The position numbers were made by a program, and so were the translations under genes. Shown here piece by piece: positions 50,994 to 64,000 of a stretch of 64,000 nt of DNA; positions within the stretch are counted from its first letter, which is position 1; each line of letters starts with the position of its first letter. Below the pieces are notes generated by a model. It saw only the letters and a program-made list of their open reading frames with translations. It had not been told where the DNA came from and did no database searches. Source of the stretch: Octopus sinensis (lineage: Eukaryota); the NCBI RefSeq assembly GCF_006345805.1, contig NC_043011.1, positions 37,460,464 to 37,524,463 of the forward strand, read 5' to 3'.

Positions 50994-52649
50994 TTATAAA
51001 TGTTTATATATGTGTATGAATAAATGCAGTAATGTATGTATGTGTCTGTATATATGTATATACATGTGTGCGCTTACGTATGAATGAGAAAGCGATACTT
51101 TGCGTATACTTCATTGATAATGGAAATAACTCAATACTATCGGATTTGTACACTGCTGAAATACAACGGAATTCTATACTACGGAATTCGTTATTAAGGC
51201 CTTAAAAATTCAGTTCCGCATAATAAATTTTGACTGAAAAATATCGTGTGTTGTAAACCATATCTTAAAATAAAAATGAGAAAGAGACGTAACTGAGTGC
51301 ATTTTATCAGTAGTGACTATTAATCTATGTATAAATGAAGCTAACGTTTGTACCAAAGTACTGCTTAGATTATCGAAATATCTAAATTACACATTCTATA
51401 CATTAGCTTGAAATATATTGACGATATAAGTATTGTTTAAAAACTAATAGGTCCAATGCAGTGAGTGGCATGTATAACAATTGAGGTTATTGTATTGGGA
51501 TGTCTTATTGTTCTTGTGTATGTAGGATGAGATTCATTTTAGTGACATTAGGTAAAGGGGTTATTTTGCGGATTGATGTCCTATCTCTCAGCTGCGTATC
51601 AATTACGATAGTGTATTTAACATTTGCCTTAAATATTTCTTCTATTTTATGAAGAAAAGAATACATTTATCTTTACAAATGTAGTGATAGGAAAATTGCG
51701 AACTTGCATATTTTATTGTGTTTTTGAATGCATATGTATGAGAATTGTATTTAAATTTAAAATTACTCCAAGATGTTCTATTATCTATGTAGTGATAGTA
51801 TATATCATTAGATTATCAGTTTGAGTCTAAAAAACGTATTCATAGATATTGAAAAGAAATAGTAGTTTATGAGTTCATACGTAGTATATTTGCTTTGTAG
51901 AAATTTGAAGTATAATTATATCAAAATCAAATACTTTATTAAACGTGTATTGGTATGTATGCTCTTATATGGAAAGTACTTTTAATATATGGCTTTTAGA
52001 GTGGATACTGGGAATTTTACGTGGGTGAGGTGTAAGATATCTTACTCTTCCAGTCTCTTTACAATTTACGTAGCGTAATTTCAATGACGTTTGTCATTTC
52101 ATTTCAAAATCATTTCACTTCTAACCAGCTGCACCTTTACAACTTTGGAAATCATTATTGTCGAATCATTCAGTTGCGGATATTTGAGAATTTTTAAGAG
52201 ATAAATGAGGTATTAAGTTGTTAATTGTATTTCTAGGATGGTTAGATCGCTTATGGCGGTACTTAATGAAGACATAAATTTTAGGTATGGTCAAGATAGA
52301 GAAAGTAGAATAAACATACCAGAGGGAATTACTGAACAGTCTAAGAAGGTGTCAGTATTACATCAGTGATCAAATGCTTCCAATGTCGCGGATTGCTTAA
52401 ATACCATCTTTAATAAATTATCTGCAAAGTTTGTGCAATCTGGCATGCGAGAGACGATCTCTGCAACAAAGACACAGACTTAAGCCAATATTTCGACTTT
52501 AAATCTTTCCACCCATCTCACACTAAGACGAAATCCCATTCAATATGACAAAATTTATAAGCTCAATATTTGCAGACACAAATAGACGTGGGGAATGGCT
52601 AGAACAAGATATGTTCCATCACAAAGAAAATAAAACAAAAAAGTCCTAA

Positions 52650-53020
52650 CGGGGCGTGGCTGTGTGGTAAGAGATTTAATTCTGGGTTCAATCCCACTTC
52701 AGTCCCACTGAATGCCACCTTGGGCAAGTGTTTATGTTATAGCGTCGGGCCGATCAGAGCCTTGTGAGTGAATTTGGTAGACTGAAACTGACAGAAGCCT
52801 GGCGTATATGGATATGTATATATTTTTTGTATTTGTGGCTGTGTTTGACCCCTGCCGTCGCTTGACAATCGATATTCGTGTGTTTAAGTCCCCGGAACGT
52901 AGTGATTCGGCAAAAGAGACTGATAGAATAAGTACTAGGCTTACAAGTATAAGTCATTCGGTCGATTTGTTGGACTTGAGGTTGTGCTTCAACACAACGG
53001 CAGTCAAATGACTGAAATAA
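52650..53020 (+). mobile_element. SINE-2 copy
   Basis: ggcgtggctgtgtggtaag...ccttgggcaagtg...gcagtcaaatgactgaaataag. Confidence 0.85.
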
Positions 53021-53079
53021 GTAACAGAAACCCCAACCTCTTACATTCAACCAAACGATACCTTCCAGTTCTACATCAG

Positions 53080-53820
53080 TCACGGGAGTTACCGATAAAG
53101 AATTAAAGAATCACAACCGACCAACAGCGGAAAACATACAACAAGTCTGAAAATGCCCCCAACAAAGGGGAGATTCACATCGGAGAAAGAAATAATACAG
53201 GTAACGAACCGAGGAGATCCTTTTTGTGGGACGTGTGAAATATGCGGACAAATAACAACCCAAAACTTCAAGAATGAAGGGGAAATTTTCAAGAAAACAA
53301 ACCTAAATTTTAAAAGAAAACAAATCTCATCATTTGTATCCAAATATTCCCATCATTTGTATCTCAATATTATGAGAAATACAACGGGGAAACCGGATCA
53401 AGATAAACCAGCTGTGCAAGAGTGCACAAACATGAAATGAAAAGGTTCGTCTTCTACAAAATGTTCCCTGCAGTCAATATTTAAGGATTTGGAAAAATAG
53501 AAAATTCAAAATATTTCTTAATTTCTTTTACATTTTTTAAAGACAAAAGTATCAACTACGGAAAGAAAGAGAATACTATTATATAATAAGAATTCTAAAT
53601 ACAAAACTAAACCGGAATTAGTTAACAACATTGCTAAAAACACATCCTTTATAGGGAGTAGAGGAACAGATGGGCTTGAAAAGTTAGACAACAAAAACGC
53701 TTACACAAAATACGAAGTATTCTTTAAAAAAGTTTCGTGAGATTTTGTTTTTCCAAAAGTATTTTTAAATATTTCATAACTTTACTGAACAACTTTCCTA
53801 AAAGATTTGGTGTGTATCAA
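53080..53820 (+). mobile_element. Penelope-like element 3' part: decayed GIY-YIG endonuclease region and 3' UTR
   Basis: RFTSEKEIIQVTNRGDPFCGTCE (CxxC linker before GIY-YIG) and the terminal LRKEREYYYIIRILNTKLNRN* (53553-53621), the PLE 'E...I......LN' C-terminal motif. Confidence 0.75.
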
Positions 53821-53880
53821 GTATTTGAACACACACACACACACACAGATATATATATACATATACATATATATATATAT

Positions 53881-53971
<91 letters not shown>

Positions 53972-54241
53972 CAGAGAGAAAGAGAGAAAACGAGAGCGAG
54001 TGAGTGAGAATTCTGTTTAACAAGACCTGAAATTGGTGGAGAAGAGGCTCTCGATGAGGATGGTGGAAAGGCAAAGTCGACATTCGTGGGATCTACATGT
54101 ATGTATGTATTTATGTATATATATAGTCAATCCAAACATGAGCAAGCAAGAAAAAGCAACAACGCGAGGACTTGGAATAAGTACAGTGTTATTGGACGCT
54201 CAGGAGAAGAAAGAAAAGAAAGCGGATTTCACGTTTCGAGA

Positions 54242-54307
<66 letters not shown>

Positions 54308-55254
54308 GGGTGAGTTAGACAGGTCGACAGAAAGAGAAATTGACAGTCAGAACTGAAGAAATTGATATTCATATACATATACACATACTGATATAGATAA
54401 TATATTTTCTATTTCAAGAAGCAAAATTGGTGCTGCATTATTTAATATAACTCAATGACATATCGTAACAAAATGCAGTGACTGAACTTGGAGAATCACT
54501 GGTCATAGGAGATTGTGACGGGTAACTGAGAAAAATACATTATTTGTCTCACTTCTGTCAAATCGAACTACAAAATATTAATAAATATCAAATATCAATT
54601 TTAAATGTATCAATGGAATTTTGACCTTACCATTTATCTTCAAAAGTAAAAGAATCATACGGATTGCTGTAGAAGAACATGATAAGACATACGTAAACAG
54701 TCTCCTGTACAAAAATGGCAAAGTTCGGTACATAATGCAATCACTTAAAAAAATAATGGAAAACAGGAAATTTTCATCTGAAAACAGATTCCGGTTCAAT
54801 AGTGGAAATCAAATCATAGGGGATTATTATTTAATATAGATATTCTGAATATATATATCAAAAATAAATGGCGACCAAATGATAGGTTATCAGTGAAAGC
54901 AGCCAATGTGAAATAACTAAATTGCAGAACATCGAGATAAGTTCAGCAATTTATTGCTGGACGTACGAAAATAATTAATGCTGTATGGAAAGAACCGATT
55001 GGACGTTAAGGTTTTAAGGTTACTAAACATATATAATTAATTTATTTTGTTTTTATATCTTATTGCAATTCACGAACAATAGCTACGTTGGCCCGAGGAT
55101 TCGGACGGATAATTCAGTTCTTTGCTGCATATGAGAAAGTGAAAGAGGCGGCCGGGCATGGGGAGGTGGACACCTCTAACTCGATAGACTGCGTTCCAAT
55201 ACCACTACTTTTTCTTTCATTGCCCATATATAGATATATAACAGAAAATATGTG

Positions 55255-55640
55255 TTTATCTATTTTCTTCCAACACATGGTTCCGAGTTCAGTCTCACAG
55301 TATAGCACCTTCGGTGAAGAGAATATTACTATAGGCGCTGAGGCGAATAAAACTTGTGAGTAGATCTGGTAGACTGAAAGTGAAAGAAGCCCATCTTACA
55401 TATCTCTATCTGTATTTGTGTCTATGTGCATATGTGTTGGGCGTTTGTGCATGTATATATATGTGTGTACGTGTATATATATGTGTGTACGTCTGTTTGT
55501 TTGTGTTTGTCTCTCACCACCCTTTGACAATCGGGATTGGGTTGTAGTTAGCGGGTCGTCCAAAGATTCGATAGAATAGGAACCAGGTTGTAGTAAAAGT
55601 ATTAAAAAGTATTAAGGTCCCAGCATGGCCACCGACGAAT
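55255..55640 (+). mobile_element. Decayed SINE-2
   Basis: caacacatggttccgagttcagtc...cttgtgagtagatctggtagactgaaa...ccagcatggcc. Confidence 0.75.
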
Positions 55641-55736
55641 CGCTGAAACAACCTAAAGGTAAAGATATATATCTTTATAGCATTAATAACTCTCTGAACG
55701 AGGTATAAACAATAGCTGCATGGCATCGTGAAGTAT

Positions 55737-56030
55737 ATTTGCCACCTAAATGTGGCTAACTCTTAAGAGTTAATGCTACTGTAGCTTGGACCACCAGGAA
55801 GACATCTCCGCCAGTTGGCTATTGACAAATTATCTGTACCCTATCGGTATTTGCAAAAGGAAGTCATCGTTCCCATCTCCATCCTGATGAGATATACACA
55901 GACCCGAGTTTCTGGGTATCGACCCGTCATCAGATAGTGTGTCAAAAGCCAGCTGGAGAAGATGTCTTCCAGGGGTTCCAAGCTACAGTAGCATCAACCT
56001 TAATGGTTAGCGTCATTTAGGTGACAAATA
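55737..56030. repeat. Foldback/MITE-like element with diverged inverted arms of about 100 bp
   Basis: atttgccacctaaatg...atgctactgtagcttgga..ggaagacatct versus agatgtcttcc..tccaagctacagtagcat...catttaggtgacaaat. Confidence 0.85.
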
Positions 56031-56391
56031 AACTTTATAGTATTGTTTTTTTGTTAATATACAAATATACAAATATTTTAAACATAAACTTGTGCAATTG
56101 CTCTAAGATCTAAATATAAACCAAATTTCTTAAGTTTTAAAACAAGAGTTGACAGTTAAATCGAAGTGTTGGCTTGCTCAACGTCATCAGACCTTTGTAT
56201 GTGTGTGTGTGTAACTGTGTGCTTTTGCATATGTTGTACGTATGTGTAAGTGTATATGTATATGTATATATATATTGCTGTTTTTACTGAGATCTCCCTT
56301 TTTAGTAGAAGAAATAGCTATAACTCTTTGACTGCTATTTCTAAATTCGGTATGTGGTAAGGCAATTCGTTGCTAAACCCTTTATTGCTTA

Positions 56392-56501
<110 letters not shown>

Positions 56502-56537
56502 TACATATATATATGTATATATATATGTATGTATATA

Positions 56538-56591
<54 letters not shown>

Positions 56592-56634
56592 CACACACAT
56601 ATATATATATGTATATACACACACATATATATAT

Positions 56635-56839
56635 ATTCTTATTTCGTATCTCATGATTTCGTATTTTAGGTTGTTCCCGTTTGGTGACGTCCTGTGCCCA
56701 TATATGCATATATATATATATGTAAGTAAGTACTTATACGTATGTATATATGCGTGTGTGTGGCTGTGTGATTTAGCATGTGTTGTATGTATATTGGTAA
56801 AAGTATATATATATATATATATCTGTACCCTATATATAT

Positions 56840-56899
<60 letters not shown>

Positions 56900-57062
56900 G
56901 TGTGTGTGGGTGTGTGTGTGTATATATGTGTATATATACATACAAACACACACGCACACATATATATATATGTATATATATATTCGTATTTCGTATCTCA
57001 TGGCTTCGTTTTGTATTTTATGTTGTTCACGTTTCGTGACATCCTGTGCCCACATATGCATA
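56635..57062. repeat. Diverged direct repeat of about 80 bp (56635-56710, 56981-57062), related to the inner arms at 22176-22235
   Basis: atttcgtatctcatg...tatttta..ttgttc.cgttt.gtgac.tcctgtgccca.atatgca occurs twice. Confidence 0.75.
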
Positions 57063-57150
57063 TTAATATATTATATATATATAAGTGCGCACATATACGT
57101 ATGTATATATGCATATACATATATATGTATATATATATATACATATATAT

Positions 57151-57205
<55 letters not shown>

Positions 57206-57344
57206 GTACTTAAGTTGAGGCGCCAGAATTTAGTACGGTATTATCCATAGATTTACCAAATAAGGTGATTATAATCAAAATAAGCAACAGGATATCCTGT
57301 TCCTTACTTTCATTTTAATTGCCTTTTTTTAATATATATATATG

Positions 57345-57405
<61 letters not shown>

Positions 57406-58221
57406 ATACTAATATATACATGCATACAAATTCACATTTATGAATATTTGTATATATATACAGGTATTAGCGATTTAATTACTTGATATGTTGCCTACCG
57501 AACACGGAAATGCTTCTACTTTAATATACTTACATGTGAATTAGCTTGAAAATAATCTTAACTTTATAAATTATTGCAGGTATTACCAAGAAAAAAAATA
57601 CATATTATAATGCGTATGTTGGTCTGTATACGCCAGATTGCACCTACAGCTACTAGTATCATGTAACACAGACACCTAGACTCTCAGGGAAACTCATATT
57701 CATAGCCATCAAAATTAATGTATATACACTGATGATGGGCCAGTTTCTGTAGTATTCGTCCTTAGAGTAAATTTCTTATGGACGTGTTCTATCACAATCA
57801 CGTCATTGAAAATGTCAAAATTCATCTTGTGTTATCTTGGGTTGCTTCTTGGTCTAATGTTTGACTCTTTCCGAAAATGTATTGTGTTTTTAACTTAAAA
57901 ACACATTAAGAAATGATCTCAGAACTAGAAACGCAATAATTGACTTGTCAATGGTGTATATATGATGTGTATGCACAGGTATGTTACTAGACCACCACTG
58001 CTGATGTGTTTATCGTCTCGACGCGAAGCGGTTCAGCAAAAAGAGATTAATATAATGCGTGCCAGTTTTAAACAGAGTACTTGCCTCGATTCATTTGACT
58101 AAGAAATTCTTTAAGGACCCAGATTGATGACTGAAACGAGTAAGTATTGCCTGTTAGAAAGATATAAATGCATGTGTGCATGCGTGTGTGTGTGTGTGTA
58201 TGTGTGTGTGTGTTTGTATCT

Positions 58222-59185
<964 letters not shown>

Positions 59186-61619
59186 CCATATGTATATATA
59201 TATATCATACTTAATATGTTGTGTGTACGTTTCGTTGACAAAATCCCGCATAAGACCAAAGCTTGGTTGTGGTATAAAGAATACTTATCTTATCACCATG
59301 GAAGAATGAAAAATCTAATCCCCACGGAAGAATGAAAAGAAAATATGGGATATTTATTCGAAATTCAAGAATTTATACTGGTTCTTAACTTAAGTGTAAA
59401 TCGAAAATATTGGTGCGTTGGTTAGTAAATTTTATGAACCCAGTATTTCATAATATATTTTATCATATCACGAGAAATAGAGACAAAAATATGCCAGTGA
59501 GACTTCAACTCAGAATATCAAGTTATTGAACTTGATACTTCAAAACAGTTTGCCTGAAGCTAGATTAATTCTGATAGCAGCTATATTACTAATGGTAAAT
59601 AATGACTTTTTATCTCTGAAATAATGAACTTATTTGGGGGACTGTGATGGCAAACCAGGCTGTCCCTAGTGCTTCACTCTTTCCTTTTAATTTTTTCGAC
59701 CAGAGCGATAAAATATGAAATTTATTGAAATTGAATATTTTAAAATGTGTTTGTCTGATGCTAACGTTGTTTTGATAAAAGTTGTGTTATCAATGGCAAG
59801 TAATGACATTTTAACATTAAAACAAGTAGAATATTTTAATGAAACTTTGCAGACGATTGAGCTTAATCAAATGGCCTCCAGTAGTTCACAAGTGCTTAGT
59901 TTTATCAATCGTCGTAGATAAAATTCTATGTTGACTTTGCAACATTCGAACCAGTAATATAAACTGCTGATATGTCTAAATTATGTAGCCAACTTATTTA
60001 TTAAATGGCAGTGCAGTATTTAAAATTGTTGTATGAAATTTTTTTTAAAGGAATATGACATCGACAAGATTGAGTGGCCCTGCATACAGTAGTAGACACA
60101 ACGTCTGAATCGTTACGAATATTGGTTCTTCTGCCAGTACCATATCCTGAATTTGGTGTCATAAGGTACCATCATGATCAAGCGTGTTTTACTATTGCTT
60201 CAATTTGATTTACCCACTGTGAATGAAATCGTAGAGATGGAAGCTGAAGCCCTGAAGAAGAAAGGCAGATGGATTGTATTTAAATCTTACGGGAAGAGTT
60301 TCTAAATTATTTTAATCGTAGAATTCACAACCAGATACACGCAATTTCTAAGAACAGGTATTGATCAAACAAGCAAATTATAATGGTGTAAACCAACTAA
60401 AATCTAGTTACTCTTTTTTTACTTATGCAAATCAAGATTATTATATAACTGCCGTGACTCTAAGTTTTTAAGGGTTCCAGTAGAATACATAATTACAAAA
60501 TAGAACAGCCATTCATAATCTCCTCATCATTAATAAGGATTTTCTTAATTGTAATTAATCCATCGATATTTATTTCATAGGTAATGATGTAGTTCATTAA
60601 ATCACATCCAACGCCATAGCGGAAAATATTTTCCTAAATGGAGTATGACTGATAGAAAATATTAGCCCTAACATTTGAATATATCCATCCATCAATCCAT
60701 CCATCTTATCCTTCTACTGTGCCTAAGAGTGCTTTCGAAGTAAACTCTTCCATTGCATCTTATAAGAAGCGACCTTCATTAATCTTTCTGTCTGGATCTC
60801 AAGTATGACCAACTGTTAATATGGATTACATCCTGCCATTACATTCTTGAGCAACTCCCAGGTCTCCTGCCGGCTGGCTCGGTTTGAAGAATATGTCTTG
60901 CGATTGTTTCAGGCAACTTTCTCCTCAAATATGTATATAAAGAGAGCGTGTGACCTCTCAATGCGTAGAAATAGCGGTCTGACCTGGAGAGAATCTCTGA
61001 TCTTCGAGCTATAATCTCTGCTGAGTAACGTTTCTCTAGACACCCTTCGGAACAATAACTGATATAAATAAAAGTACTGACATTTCCCCTGGTAGACTGC
61101 CACGCTGTTTTACAGAACACTCTTTTAAATGTAAAGAAAGATTTACAATTTTATTACTGATTCTAACAGCGAAGACTGCTTTCAATATACTCCGCAGATA
61201 AATAAATAAAATGTGATAATTAAGATAGAGAATGGCAAACCGTCTGATGCATCACTCGTGACACAATTGGTTACTTGAAGTATTCCATTGTTAGCCATCT
61301 GACGTGTGCAATTACTCCTTCAGACTAAATATTTACAGACTGGTCTCATTGAACTGAATATTATGCTGCTTTAAAATCAATTTTAAAACAAACTGCATGT
61401 TTTAAATTTATTTACACGCAAAATGATAATGTAAAAATAATCGTTACACAGATAAATCTATCGTTCTATTTGAGTATCGACATACCTAATAATCTACATT
61501 CATGCATATATTTATGTATCGATTTGTTTATCTATCTCACTCTGTATGTCTAAAATTCTGACCCTCTACGTGTCTCCTTATATAACTCGCGTTCTAACTA
61601 CCTATCCGTGTAATCTATG

Positions 61620-61731
61620 TCTCGGGTTCAGTCCCACTGGGTGGTACCTTCGGCAAGGGTCTTCTACTAGAGCCTGGAGCCGACCAAAGCCTTGTGAGTG
61701 GATTTGGTAGATGGACACTGAAAGACCGTCG

Positions 61732-61771
<40 letters not shown>

Positions 61772-61900
61772 CGTGTGTGTGTGTGTGCATATGTTTATGT
61801 GTTTATGTTTGTACCCCCAACAACGCTTGACAACCGACGCTGGTGTGTTTACGTCCCCATAACTTAGCGATTCGGCAAAATAGACCGATAGAATAAGTGC
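61620..61900 (+). mobile_element. SINE-2 copy abutting the truncated 3' side of the mariner at 61908
   Basis: gggttcagtcccactg...ccttgtgagtggatttggtag...cgctggtgtgtttacgtcccc. Confidence 0.85.
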
Positions 61901-61907
61901 AAGGCTG

Positions 61908-62725
61908 GGAGTATACGTCTCCCAGGTTTAATGAAATCTTAATGAATCACACCTGCACCAGAGCACCAATCAAACGTTATCAGCTTGTTTTAATGAATTT
62001 CGTTTTTGGACTGTGTTTTGGTGGCTCATTTTTGTACAACCATTGTGCTGAATGTTTATGGTTGTTGTATTGGATCCATGTCTCATCACATGTTACAATT
62101 CGACTCAAAAATGATATATATTGGTGACGAGAAAGTAGCACAATGCAGGCTCCCAAGCGTTGCTGTTTCTGAATGTCATTGAGTTCATGTGGGACTCATT
62201 TATGCAACTTTTTCACCATACCGATTTGAAATGAGTCAATATCATTTGCTTGCTAACACCAAACAACCTCAATAATCCACAGACTTTGAGATGGATCTGA
62301 CTCGATGGTAGCTTTCAGTTCGTCTTTATCCACCTTTGTTTTTGGTCGACCGCGTTCTTCATTTGTGAGTTCAAATTTACAAAATCGAAATTCTGCAAAC
62401 AAATTTGATACTGACTGCTGTGTAATAACATCAGAATGAAACACTTCATTAATATCTCGAGCGGTCTGTGGTGCTGTATTTCCAAGAAGGAACTCATATT
62501 GCAAAACTGTACAAATTTCAGACTTACCCATCTCTAAACAAAAATAGCAGAGAACGATTTATAAATACTTTATAAAGCGCAAAATGAGTTGGAATAAAAA
62601 CATAGATGTGACAACATTTTAACAAAAAGAATGAAGATTGTCAAAATACAATGATGACGCAAAATGAGCAACTGTCAAAGTTTACCATATACTGTACTGT
62701 ACGTTTCATATTTGACGGCCTAATA
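61908..62725 (-). mobile_element. Decayed mariner transposase 5' two-thirds with one TIR
   Basis: MGKSEICTVLQYEFLLGNTAPQTARDINEVF...RGRPKTKVDKDELK (mariner HTH), K*VPHEL (WVPHEL linker), DFIKPG; the TIR tattaggccgtcaaatatgaaa is at 62704-62725. Confidence 0.9.
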
Positions 62726-62750
62726 TAATATGATATAATATAATAAAATA

Positions 62751-62803
<53 letters not shown>

Positions 62804-62970
62804 ATATAAAGGGGCAGACAATAAGTTGCTTAGCCACATACCGAAAAATTAGAAATAGCAGTCAAAGTCTGTTTATTTCTATTTTCTACAAGTAAGACTC
62901 CACATACAACATATCCATGTAGTTCAAATATGTAAAACAGAAGGAAAAAATAACGCAGGCAAAGTCTAGG

Positions 62971-63096
<126 letters not shown>

Positions 63097-63219
63097 GCAT
63101 ATACAATACATGTGTGTATGTGTGTTTGTGCCTATATCTACGCGTGTCTAGATGGTGTGTGTGTGTGCATACGTACATATACAAATATATATATATATAT
63201 ATATATTATATATTATATT

Positions 63220-63251
<32 letters not shown>

Positions 63252-63257
63252 TATATT

Positions 63258-63326
<69 letters not shown>

Positions 63327-63632
63327 TCCTTACATGTGTTTCAGCTAATCGGCTGTGCTTGGGAAACCTCCTGATAGAGCTAGTATCAAAAGTCCATAAC
63401 TCACTGGATTAAATTATTACCGTTAGAGTGCAAAGATTTCCCAGAGATTTCCTCCAACATTATTCACGAGGATTTAGACACATGAACCAGATCTCCAGCA
63501 TTAAGCCCTTATCTTAGCAAATGTCCTGAATATAGAAATACTATAGTAACTTAGTTTCGGCTGATTTATGATTTTCCAATAAAGTGCTAACACTAAACTG
63601 CGATAGTACTTATGCAGATGCTTGTTTGTGTA

Positions 63633-63681
<49 letters not shown>

Positions 63682-63926
63682 ATTTATACATAAATATAAA
63701 TGTTCTTATTTTTTTTCTAGACTTCTTAGCATCACAATATGGTAAAAAGTGTTGGAATTCCGATGGATGCAACTGGATATGAATTTGTCATCGAAGGTAG
63801 ATTAATTTAAGCAAAATTTATCTGTTCAGCGAGTTTTCAATATCTTGTTGCAAACGTGTTTGGTACCACCATCACATATACTCACATAAACAACAAAGCA
63901 CACACATGTACACACATGCACACACA

Positions 63927-63965
<39 letters not shown>

Positions 63966-63967
63966 AC

Positions 63968-63998
<31 letters not shown>

Positions 63999-64000
63999 CT

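Noticed and set aside
52237-52284. 48-nt plus-strand candidate exon (tttctag|...ttttag|gtatgg, open as MVRSLMAVLNEDINF)
   Set aside because: It has no partner exon or recognisable homology, so it cannot be distinguished from chance without RNA-seq.
60839-61120. Minus-strand ORF with faint RTE-like wording (ETIAR...EPAGRRPG)
   Set aside because: The similarity is too weak to call by eye.

Overview
This is AT-rich, microsatellite-saturated animal genomic DNA with one 100-N assembly gap (4668-4767). The SINE families and (TA)n/(CA)n/(GATA)n load look coleoid-cephalopod (octopus-like); that taxon call is an inference from recall, not a search. I cannot support any intact host protein-coding gene, rRNA, tRNA or CRISPR array. 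Most ORFs on the supplied track are microsatellite translations. The recognisable content is decayed mobile DNA: three to four tRNA-derived SINE families (about 30 copies); 3' fragments of Tx1/L1-, CR1/L2-, RTE- and HERO-type LINEs; several Tc1/mariner remnants and MITEs; a Helentron-like element; and many Penelope-like element (PLE) pieces, including a GIY-YIG endonuclease remnant. The main signal is a set of minimal type-I hammerhead ribozymes (CUGANGA, stem II, GAAAC-palindrome-GUA) in PLE pseudo-LTRs. Two pairs sit as outward-facing copies in the arms of kilobase-scale foldback elements (21.7-23.0 kb and 38.0-41.2 kb). The stem III palindrome differs between copies but stays self-complementary. 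A second family has a variant core (CUGYNGA) and a loop-less stem III. Two SINE families share their 3' tails with LINE 3' ends present in the same window (SINE-1 with Tx1; SINE-2 with CR1/L2). The Tx1 copy sits inside a (GATA)n tract. Coordinates of decayed elements are approximate to about 10-20 bp; ribozyme coordinates were counted base by base.
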